Assembly: GCA_041562555.1 (NCBI GenBank)
Contig: JBFEXS010000053.1
Coordinates: 1-14,613 of the forward strand
Length of the DNA: 14,613 nucleotides
From: Sulfurimonadaceae bacterium
GTDB lineage: Bacteria > Campylobacterota > Campylobacteria > Campylobacterales > Sulfurimonadaceae
Direction: 5' to 3'
Shown here: in pieces, positions 6,976 to 14,340 of the stretch
Position numbering within the stretch: position 1 is the first letter of the stretch
Layout of the letters: every line of letters begins with the position of its first letter
Translations under genes and position numbers: made by a program
The notes under the pieces: model-generated
Databases searched by the model: none
The model's input: the letters and a program-made list of their open reading frames with translations, nothing else
What the model was told of the DNA's origin: nothing

Positions 6976-9233
6976 GATTCCTTCTTTGAGAGGTATTTTG
7001 CAAGGGTCTGCCGTAGCGTGATCTCATTATAGGGTTTTGCGACATAATCATCCATACCCGCTTCAAGAAAACGTTCTTTGTCACCGCTGAGTGCATTGGC
7101 TGTCACAGCGATGATAGGGACTGCTTCTACGGCGTTTTCCTTTTCATGTTCTCGGATAAGCTTGACTGCTTCCATGCCATTCATCACAGGCATGTTCTCG
7201 TCCATAAGGATCAGGTCATAGTGAGTTCCTGAACCTATCATATCAACAGCGGCTTGTCCATGATCGGCAATATCGTAAGTGATGCCAAGATCATCCAGAA
7301 TCATGCTGAGCAGTAGTTGGTTTGTATGGTTGTCTTCCACAATGAGGACCTTTCCTTCCAGCGTCAATGCTTCAGACAGCAGGGCTGCATTGGTCTGCTC
7401 ACTGTTCTGAGTACACGGATGATAGGGAAGTGAAATATAAAAACGGCTCCCGTCCCCTTCCTGACTATCCACGCCGATAGCCCCATCCATCAGCTCGATG
7501 AGTTGTTTACAGATCGTCAGTCCCAGGCCGGTCCCGCCGAAACGCCGGGTCGTTGACGCATCTTCCTGCTCAAAAACATTGAAGATCTTGTCGACATGGA
7601 TTTTGGCAATACCGATACCGTCATCAACGACAAAGACCTCGATCTGCTGCTTTTTTTCATCAAAGACGACATCCACTCGGATGTGGCCATCTTCATTGGT
7701 AAACTTGATGGCATTACCCAGTAGGTTGGTGATGATCTGTTTTAATCGCATACCATCAAGCAGAGCGTATTCGGGGACGTCTTCCATGACAGTGAGTTTA
7801 AAATGGATCTGTTTCTTATTGCAGTTGATATGAAAGAGCTCCTCGACCTCTGAGAACAGCTTGCGCAGATTACAGCTGTGTACATCGATGACTACCTTTC
7901 CACTTTGGAGTTTGGAGATGTCCAATATATCGTTTATCACGGTTAAGAGTGCCTGGGAAGAGTGTTCGATGGTCTCAAACATTTTTTTGCGATCGGTGTT
8001 TTGCTCGTGTTTGGAGAGTTGTTCGACAAATCCCAATATAGCATTCATCGGAGTCCGGATCTCATGACTCATGTTCGCTAAAAAGGTGGCCTTGGACTCG
8101 GCTGCTTCTTCCGCCCTTATTTTCGCATCTTCGAGTTCTTGGGTACGCACTTTTACCAGGTGTGACAGACGGTGATTATAATACATGAGCAAAAGGGTCA
8201 ATATAGAGAGCACCAGGGAAATGATCAAGATGGGATAGATATATTGATGGAATAGAGCAAATCCGTCACCGGGTGTATAGATAAGTTCATCTATGGCCTT
8301 CTCCAGTTTGTCAGCAGGGATCCCCTTTTTCATATAGAGGGATCGTACAATCTGAAAACGTTCTTTACGGATCTCACCCAGAGGGATATACTTTGCAGCG
8401 ATCAGGTTCTCTATGATCTTGGCTTCATAAGCAAGTCGGTCATAATCAAGATCACGTGTGTTGTACTTGTCAAGGATCAGCTGTATTACTTCTTCTCTGT
8501 GTTCAATAGCATAGGCCCATCCCTCCAGGGTCGCTTTTTTAAAAGCTGCTACACGCTTGGGATGGTGTTTGATCTCATTCTCCGTTGTGAAAAGAATGTC
8601 ACCGTAGAAATCGATCCCATAGTTTTTTGGATCGATGATGTTCAGCTCGATACCGTATTTGTGCTTCATCCAATAGGGTTCATTACTGATATAAGCCTCG
8701 GAAACATCGACATCACCGTTGACAAAATCCATATGGGTGAAATCCATAGGCATCTTGATAATATCACGTTTTGATATGTTTCCAAACTCGAGGATACTGG
8801 TGATTACACTGTCATCCAGTCCTTCCTGATAGGAGATGCGTTTTCCTCTCATCTCGTAGGGACTGATAATGCCACTCTCCTTTTTTGCGATAAGGACCAT
8901 AGGGTTGTGCTGGAAGATACTGGCAAGAGCTTTGACAGGGTAGCCCTGGGCACGATAGCGCAAGATGACGGAGTCGGACAGTCCATATTCGGATTCCCCT
9001 TCAATAACCTGCAGGATGTTGTTTTTTGCGGGGTCTCTCTCCTTGATGGTCAGATCAAGTCCCTCCCGTGCATAAAAGCCTTTCTCCTTGGCGATGAGAA
9101 TGCCTGCAAACTGATACTGATAAAACCATTTTAGTTGTACACTGACAGATTCAAGCCCTTTTTTTTCGGCGTGAAGAGAGGCGTTGAATACAAAGAAGAG
9201 CAAAAGCAAAGAGGCAAATTTAACAATCTTCAT
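6972..9233 (-). CDS. Hybrid sensor histidine kinase with N-terminal NMT1/THI5-like periplasmic binding domain (signal - SBP - TM - HisKA - HATPase - REC)
   Basis: Signal peptide; VQLKWFYQYQFAG..AKEKGFY..EGLD, IFQHNP, YISNEP, YGIDFYGDILFT, ATLEGWAYA; one [42 protein letters not shown]...LMDENMP...KP. Confidence 0.92.
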   Translation of the reverse strand: MKIVKFASLLLLFFVFNASLHAEKKGLESVSVQLKWFYQYQFAGILIAKEKGFYAREGLDLTIKERDPAKNNILQVIEGESEYGLSDSVILRYRAQGYPVKALASIFQHNPMVLIAKKESGIISPYEMRGKRISYQEGLDDSVITSILEFGNISKRDIIKMPMDFTHMDFVNGDVDVSEAYISNEPYWMKHKYGIELNIIDPKNYGIDFYGDILFTTENEIKHHPKRVAAFKKATLEGWAYAIEHREEVIQLILDKYNTRDLDYDRLAYEAKIIENLIAAKYIPLGEIRKERFQIVRSLYMKKGIPADKLEKAIDELIYTPGDGFALFHQYIYPILIISLVLSILTLLLMYYNHRLSHLVKVRTQELEDAKIRAEEAAESKATFLANMSHEIRTPMNAILGFVEQLSKHEQNTDRKKMFETIEHSSQALLTVINDILDISKLQSGKVVIDVHSCNLRKLFSEVEELFHINCNKKQIHFKLTVMEDVPEYALLDGMRLKQIITNLLGNAIKFTNEDGHIRVDVVFDEKKQQIEVFVVDDGIGIAKIHVDKIFNVFEQEDASTTRRFGGTGLGLTICKQLIELMDGAIGVDSQEGDGSRFYISLPYHPCTQNSEQTNAALLSEALTLEGKVLIVEDNHTNQLLLSMILDDLGITYDIADHGQAAVDMIGSGTHYDLILMDENMPVMNGMEAVKLIREHEKENAVEAVPIIAVTANALSGDKERFLEAGMDDYVAKPYNEITLRQTLAKYLSKKES

Positions 9234-9239
9234 AGAATG

Positions 9240-9248
9240 ATTATAGCA
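9240..9248 (-). promoter_or_regulatory. Extended -10 promoter (TGcTATAAT), probably giving a leaderless transcript
   Basis: Minus strand reads TGCTATAAT-CATTCT-ATG; only 6 nt to the ATG and no Shine-Dalgarno. Confidence 0.65.
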
Positions 9249-9374
9249 TGAAAAACAGATTCTAAATAAAAATATCCGATCTTGTTTCCTTTATGTGAAT
9301 ATTATGTTAGTATATAAGAATTAATAATAGTGTGGAATGTCTGTCAACGATCTTTTTCCATACAGGGGGATACC

Positions 9375-10721
9375 ATGCATTCTATTCTCAGATACCTTTT
9401 GATTGTATTACTGCCGGTGCATATTGTGGCGACAGAGGATATTGATGAACCACAGGAAAATGCCGGTAAGGTCGAAGGACTGATCCGTTTGTACCATATC
9501 TTTGATCCTGCCTACGTAAAGAGCGGACGCAGTCATGATTATAAGATCGACGCGAGTACCATTGGGGGGCATCTGCGCTATCACTCTCCCGAACTCAGTG
9601 GGATCGGTGCTACGGTCGCGTTTTATTACGCCAGAGGGACAGGGCTGAATGATACCGATGACGTGAACACGATTATGGGTGCCGGACGCTTCTTTACGGC
9701 GGATTACTCTTCAAAGGCGGTCTTGGGTGAAGCGAATGTGCATTACAAAGATAAAGATAATCAGCTTCTTGGAGGCCGTTACCATCTTGATTCACCCTTG
9801 ACGAACTCGATCTATACCTATATGCCCAATATGTTTGAGGGAATACAGTATGAAAACAGCAGTCTTGACAAGACAAAGGTCACCCTTGCCCAAATCGAGA
9901 AGATGGCCTATGGTAATCGGGCACCGGTGGAGTTCGGTCTGATCGGTGAACTGACCAATACGGCCGGTGCGACTCAAAACGGTCTGAACACACGCGGGGA
10001 TTTCATCGCAATTGAAAAGCAGACCCTGGCAGACAACAGTGCCCATACGAACGGACTTACAGCGCTTGCTATAGAAAACAGCTCCCTGGAAGATACACAG
10101 CTTCGCATATGGGATTTTTATGCCCATGACATTATGAATATGCTGTACGCGGATGCAGCGTATGCGAAAAAAGAGTCCCAAACAGCCTACTCTCTGTCTG
10201 CGCAATACCTTCGCATTGACAGCGTAGGGGATGATCTCGCAGATGCGTTGATGGATTCCGATTCGGCATATATGTGGGGTGTGAAAGGGACATTCAAGGT
10301 GAATAAAGCCTTCTTCTCCCTGGCCTATAATCATTCGGGGAGTTCACGTATAGTAAATCCCTGGAGCGGGGACCCGGCATATACCTCGACCTTCTTCTCC
10401 CGTAATGCCTACAGAGCGGATATTGATGCTTACAAACTCGGCTTTAATTATGATCTCATGGAGGAGTTGACGTTCATCAGCTATTACGCAAACTATGGAA
10501 AGTCAAGTACACCGGGGACCTTTGCTCCTGCCAAGCCGGTTGAACTGCCTGTCAAACTCGGCGAAGATGATGCCATTGAAACGGGAGCACTCTTCAAATA
10601 CAAGCCAACGAAGTCTTTGACTGTTCTGACAGGTGTGATCTATAAAACCAGTGAATATACCTATGCCGGAAAACAGGTCGAACTTTTAGACCTTGACCTT
10701 GTGGTCACCTATACGTTTTGA
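9375..10721 (+). CDS. Outer-membrane beta-barrel porin, OprD-like family (448 aa)
   Basis: Signal peptide, amphipathic beta strands, LGEA, GR..LDSPL, PNMFEG, PWSGDPAYTS, C-terminal beta signal DLVVTYTF. Start at ATG 9375 with AGGGGG RBS instead of 9330. Confidence 0.82.
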   Translation: MHSILRYLLIVLLPVHIVATEDIDEPQENAGKVEGLIRLYHIFDPAYVKSGRSHDYKIDASTIGGHLRYHSPELSGIGATVAFYYARGTGLNDTDDVNTIMGAGRFFTADYSSKAVLGEANVHYKDKDNQLLGGRYHLDSPLTNSIYTYMPNMFEGIQYENSSLDKTKVTLAQIEKMAYGNRAPVEFGLIGELTNTAGATQNGLNTRGDFIAIEKQTLADNSAHTNGLTALAIENSSLEDTQLRIWDFYAHDIMNMLYADAAYAKKESQTAYSLSAQYLRIDSVGDDLADALMDSDSAYMWGVKGTFKVNKAFFSLAYNHSGSSRIVNPWSGDPAYTSTFFSRNAYRADIDAYKLGFNYDLMEELTFISYYANYGKSSTPGTFAPAKPVELPVKLGEDDAIETGALFKYKPTKSLTVLTGVIYKTSEYTYAGKQVELLDLDLVVTYTF

Positions 10722-10732
10722 AAAGGAAAATG

Positions 10733-11479
10733 ATGAAACTCTTACTCTCATGGATGGTATTGGCAAGTGTTGTAGTGGCGGATACCTTTCCCATCTTGAC
10801 GATGAACACAGGTTTCAACCCGCCTGTGAGCAATTTTGTGGAGGCTGTGGCGCAGGAGGCGTTCTTGCGTGCGCACATTGGACTGGATTTTCAGGTATTG
10901 CCCAATAAACGTTCCTTGATCAATGCAAACTCGGGTATTGATGACGGAGATGCAGCACGTGTGTGGGAGATTGGGAACTATTATCCAAACCTTGTCCGTG
11001 TTCCTGCCTCCAGTGCATCCATCGACCTTGTCGTCCTTGCCAATCGGAAAGTGCACATCTCAGAACCCTCGGACTTGTCTCAATATAATGTCGGTGTGAT
11101 TAACGGGATGAAGATCGCGGTTTTGATGGCACAGGAGGCAAAGCCTGTCTCTTTGTTCAAGGCGACCAATTATGAGACCCTGGTACGTATGTTGATCTCC
11201 GGTCGATTGGATGTTGCGGTGATCAACAGGGCGGGCCTGTATAGCAATATGAAGGTATTGGAAGATACAAAGCTGTATTTGGTGGATAAACCTCTGATGT
11301 CCAGACCTCTATATCCCCAATTGCATAAAAAAAATGAAGCATATGTCCCGCAGCTTACCAAGGCCTATCAGTCACTGCATGATGACGGGACCTATGAAAA
11401 ACTGTATACGCAGTTTTACGGTCCTTTGATCAGGCAGGTAGAACATCTGGTTACAGTCATAAGAGAAGAGGACGAGTAA
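10733..11479 (+). CDS. Periplasmic substrate-binding protein, family 3 (PBP2/SBP_bac_3-like), stand-alone
   Basis: Signal peptide; LPNKRSL..ANSG.DDG...R, YPNLVRVP, VGVINGMK, ML.SGRLDVAV, LHKK, DGTYEKL. ATG 10733 chosen by AAGGA spacing; 10730 or TTG 10718 are possible. Confidence 0.82.
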   Translation: MKLLLSWMVLASVVVADTFPILTMNTGFNPPVSNFVEAVAQEAFLRAHIGLDFQVLPNKRSLINANSGIDDGDAARVWEIGNYYPNLVRVPASSASIDLVVLANRKVHISEPSDLSQYNVGVINGMKIAVLMAQEAKPVSLFKATNYETLVRMLISGRLDVAVINRAGLYSNMKVLEDTKLYLVDKPLMSRPLYPQLHKKNEAYVPQLTKAYQSLHDDGTYEKLYTQFYGPLIRQVEHLVTVIREEDE

Positions 11480-11516
11480 GCACTTCCTGATTAAAGAAAG
11501 TGTTAGAAATGTCAAG

Positions 11517-11522
11517 TATAAT
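11517..11522 (+). promoter_or_regulatory. Possible -10 box (TATAAT) for the HAMP membrane protein
   Basis: Consensus TATAAT 33 nt before ATG 11556 in a 76-nt gap. Confidence 0.45.
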
Positions 11523-11555
11523 AAAGAGAATTTAAGTTCAGCGCAAAGAGAAAAC

Positions 11556-12464
11556 ATGACAAATGTCAAAGCCCCTATCGGCAGACGCTTAATACGTAAT
11601 ATCATCATCGTCAGTACATTCTTTTCCATTATTGCCACGGCAATACAGCTCTATAGTGATTATAAAGAGGAGAAGGAGTTGCTGAACATACGGCTTGAAC
11701 AGGTTCGGGCCTCTGCGTTAAAGAGTATGACCCTGAACCTTTGGCAGGATAATGAACAGCTTATTCGTGTGCAGTTGGAGAGCCTCCTTAGTTTTCATGA
11801 TGTCTCGTATGCCGCAGTCATAAGAAAAGACAGAGAAAATATCTTTTATGGAGAGGACCATGGAAAGGATACGGTCGAAAAGGTCTATCCTATGACGCAT
11901 ATCTATAATGATAAAGAGTATGCTCTGGGCACCCTGGTATTAAAAGCAGATCTGGCCCAGCTGCGTGACAGGTTGAAAGAGAAGTTCTATCTTATCGCTC
12001 TGACACAATCGATAAAGACCTTTATCGTTGCCTTTATCATGCTGTATATCTTCTCACACATGGTCACCCGTCATCTCTTCAAGATGGCAGAATTTGCCAA
12101 CGAGGTTATGCACAGAACGGATGATCCTTCGGTGGCGCTAAAGCTGAACGTCAAAGACGATGAATTGAAGTTTCTGGCAGACAGTCTGAATCAGATGCAG
12201 CAAGCCGTGCATTCCAAGCTGCAGAGCAGTCAAGCCCAGAAGCAGGAGCTTCTCAAGTCAAATGAGGCCTTGAAAGAGAGACTGTCCAAACAGGAATCGG
12301 GAGATATCCTATGTGTCTTTCCCGAAGACCGTGAAGAGATCGAGCGAATGCTCAAACTGATGCAGGACTCTCCTTCTCGGACATATACCCTCGAAGAGAT
12401 GCGAAATGACCTGGGTGTTCTGAACATCCTCATTCAACGGGCGTTTCGCAGGGGAAAACTCTAG
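11556..12464 (+). CDS. Membrane sensor protein (TM - periplasmic sensor - TM - HAMP - coiled coil) lacking a catalytic output domain
   Basis: TM1 NIIIVSTFFSIIATAIQLY, periplasmic region with LW..NEQLIR.QLESLL, TM2 FYLIALTQSIKTFIVAFIMLYIF, HAMP TRHLFKMAEFA...DDELKFLADSLNQM, coiled coil, then about 55 residues with no HATPase, GGDEF, EAL, HD-GYP or MCP motif. Confidence 0.75.
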   Translation: MTNVKAPIGRRLIRNIIIVSTFFSIIATAIQLYSDYKEEKELLNIRLEQVRASALKSMTLNLWQDNEQLIRVQLESLLSFHDVSYAAVIRKDRENIFYGEDHGKDTVEKVYPMTHIYNDKEYALGTLVLKADLAQLRDRLKEKFYLIALTQSIKTFIVAFIMLYIFSHMVTRHLFKMAEFANEVMHRTDDPSVALKLNVKDDELKFLADSLNQMQQAVHSKLQSSQAQKQELLKSNEALKERLSKQESGDILCVFPEDREEIERMLKLMQDSPSRTYTLEEMRNDLGVLNILIQRAFRRGKL

Positions 12465-12511
12465 TGTTCTGCACAGAGTGTCAAAGCCATGATGAGGTCT
12501 GGAGCTGTCCC

Positions 12512-13435
12512 TTAGTATTTTTTATTCGTATTCTCGATAAGGTCCGAGGGGACAAGCTCCCGGATGAGCTCATTGAGGTTCTTTAGCGTCAGGAGCTTTA
12601 GGCTCTCACCCTTTTCCTGTTTGAGCTCATTGGAAAAACCGCTTTTCGAGAAGATGATAAAGATATCTGCAGGAAGATCGATCCTGTCACAGTCCGCTTT
12701 GAGTTTGTTCAGTTCAGATTTTTTCGCCTTCGATTTGGAGAGTTTCCAGGTTCCTGCGATTACTTTTCCCGATTTTGTCTTAGCCAGAATATCAAGACTG
12801 GTAGTGTTGTCCCAGTAGGAACCTATCTTCATGATAGGATCGCTTTTGGAAAAACTCATCTTCACCAGTTCCAGGACAAGGCGTTCATAAATGACATTGG
12901 AGAACTCAGTCTTCGTATTCTCCCATGCTGTGTTAAACTCGGAAAAGTCACCTTCTTTAATGCCTTTGTAATAGGGAGAGACATTTGCGAACCAAAAGCG
13001 CATAAACGGAAGTGTGAAGCGAAGCTTGTCAGAAACCTCTTCACTGCTGTCCAGGGGTTTGGCCTGAGACTTCTCACGCATCAGCAGATCATTGTCTTCA
13101 AGAAAATCAACGGACTCTTCTCCCTCATGTCGTCCTGCACGTGCCTTTTTAAAGGCGGAATGCTCTCTTCCGTCACCGGTTGCAAGGGCCGTAAGAATGG
13201 CATGATGCAGTTTGTTTGATTGGGTGATCTTTGTGATGTCTCCATGAATATATCGATAGTTTTTTAGTATCTTCTGCTCGATCAGCGCATCAAGAGGTAT
13301 AGTGAGATCGATGTTCCAGCCCATTCCCCCAAATACGGAAAAATACTCGATTGTCTTTGGGATATCTTGTGTAGATCCCTCTGTCTGAAAACAGAATGAT
13401 CGAAATTGTTGAAGGATAGAAGGGAAGGTAGACAT
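12512..13435 (-). CDS. DUF234-domain protein (C-terminal part of the archaeal-type ATPase/DUF234 architecture, no P-loop)
   Basis: YFSVFGG, IL.ALATGD, KLRFTLPFMRFWF..V.P, YERL..EL, GSYWD...LDIL...AG.WK, IIFSKSGFS; AAGG RBS; no Walker A. Confidence 0.75.
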   Translation of the reverse strand: MSTFPSILQQFRSFCFQTEGSTQDIPKTIEYFSVFGGMGWNIDLTIPLDALIEQKILKNYRYIHGDITKITQSNKLHHAILTALATGDGREHSAFKKARAGRHEGEESVDFLEDNDLLMREKSQAKPLDSSEEVSDKLRFTLPFMRFWFANVSPYYKGIKEGDFSEFNTAWENTKTEFSNVIYERLVLELVKMSFSKSDPIMKIGSYWDNTTSLDILAKTKSGKVIAGTWKLSKSKAKKSELNKLKADCDRIDLPADIFIIFSKSGFSNELKQEKGESLKLLTLKNLNELIRELVPSDLIENTNKKY

Positions 13436-13462
13436 GCTGGGCCTTTGAATTTTAGTGTTGTG

Positions 13463-13468
13463 ATTATA
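13463..13468 (-). promoter_or_regulatory. -10 box (TATAAT) for the DUF234 gene
   Basis: Reverse complement of attata, 27 nt upstream of ATG 13435. Confidence 0.55.
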
Positions 13469-13503
13469 GCTGATTCTCGGATAGAAAGCTTCAAACCCGG
13501 CTC

Positions 13504-13530
13504 TTTCCGCCTTGGTCGCTAAGGCAGAAA
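13504..13530. repeat. GC-rich inverted repeat / hairpin in a divergent intergenic region
   Basis: TTTCcGCCTT-N7-AAGGCaGAAA; on the minus strand a 10-bp stem with one G-U pair. Confidence 0.6.
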
Positions 13531-13565
13531 ATATTTACAGACGCTTAAGTTTTGAGGTATCCATA

Positions 13566-13574
13566 TGGTATAAA
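13566..13574 (+). promoter_or_regulatory. Possible extended -10 promoter (TGgTATAAA) for gph
   Basis: TG-n-TATAAA with an upstream TTAAGTTTT tract; a second candidate TATAGT lies near 13597. Confidence 0.35.
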
Positions 13575-13649
13575 AATAATTTTTAGCTTTAAAAGGTATA
13601 GTTCCATCAAGTAATAATAATTATAAGCTTTTTGAGAATAGGGCAGAAC

Positions 13650-14336
13650 GTGGTATTAAACGATAAAAAAGCGATCTTGTTTGATCTGGATGGAACCTTG
13701 GTGGACAGTGTCCCCGATCTTGCGGTAGCATTGAATCAGATGCTCGTGACATTGGGAAGGGAAACATTCGAAGAAGAGGTGATCCGAGGCTGGGTCGGTA
13801 ACGGTGCACAGATGTTGGTAAGACGCGGGTTGAGCGGAAAGGTCGATCCGGACGATACGCTTGATGAAGCATTGTTGAATGAGGCCTTGTCTGTTTTTTT
13901 GAAGGCCTATGAGAACAATCTTTGCATAGATACGAAGTGTTATCCCAAGGTACTGAGTACATTGGAGATATTGAAAGATCGGGGATATCGTATGGTCGTC
14001 GTGACAAACAAGCCCTTTGCTTTTGTCGCACCTTTATTGGAAGGTCTTGGTATGGAGTCGTTTTTTGAGTTCAGTGTGGGTGGTGACAGCCTGAGTGTAA
14101 AGAAGCCTGACCCTATGCCTTTGTTACATGCCTGCGAAAGATTGGGGCTTGATGTAGACGAGTGTGTGATGATAGGTGATTCCAAAAATGATTTGTTGGC
14201 AGCCAATGCTGCGAGGATGCAGAGTATCGGTGTGAGCTATGGATATAACTATGGTGAAGACATTCATGTGTACAGACCGGATTATGTCGTAGATGATTTT
14301 TCGGAAATATCGCAATACTTGGGCAAGCAGGCGTAA
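13650..14336 (+). CDS. gph: Phosphoglycolate phosphatase (HAD superfamily)
   Basis: FDLDGTLVDSVPDL, WVGNGA, VVTNKP, GGDSL..KKPDP.PL, MIGDSKND, YGYNYGE. GTG 13650 preferred (AGGG 6 nt upstream); TTG 13632 possible. Confidence 0.9.
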   Translation: MVLNDKKAILFDLDGTLVDSVPDLAVALNQMLVTLGRETFEEEVIRGWVGNGAQMLVRRGLSGKVDPDDTLDEALLNEALSVFLKAYENNLCIDTKCYPKVLSTLEILKDRGYRMVVVTNKPFAFVAPLLEGLGMESFFEFSVGGDSLSVKKPDPMPLLHACERLGLDVDECVMIGDSKNDLLAANAARMQSIGVSYGYNYGEDIHVYRPDYVVDDFSEISQYLGKQA

Positions 14337-14340
14337 ACCC

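Noticed and set aside
2850..8080. Near-identical DNA at about 2850-2890 and 8040-8080 (gcattcatcggagt...catgttcgc)
   Set aside because: Explained by the conserved H-box of the two kinases; synonymous positions differ, so not a repeat element or recent duplication.
9159..9166. A8 tract near the 5' end of the kinase (and A8 at 11327-11334 in the SBP gene) as phase-variation or frameshift sites
   Set aside because: Both ORFs are intact and A8 runs encoding Lys are expected at this composition.
9330..9374. Longer porin start at GTG 9330
   Set aside because: No RBS there, and it would bury the signal peptide; ATG 9375 has a good RBS.
11480..11503. Weak stem GCACTT/AAGTGT after the SBP stop as a terminator
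   Set aside because: Short stem, long loop and no U tract.
12465..12511. Search for a frameshifted catalytic domain or bidirectional terminator after the HAMP protein
   Set aside because: Only 47 nt before the convergent gene; no kinase or cyclase motif and no convincing hairpin.
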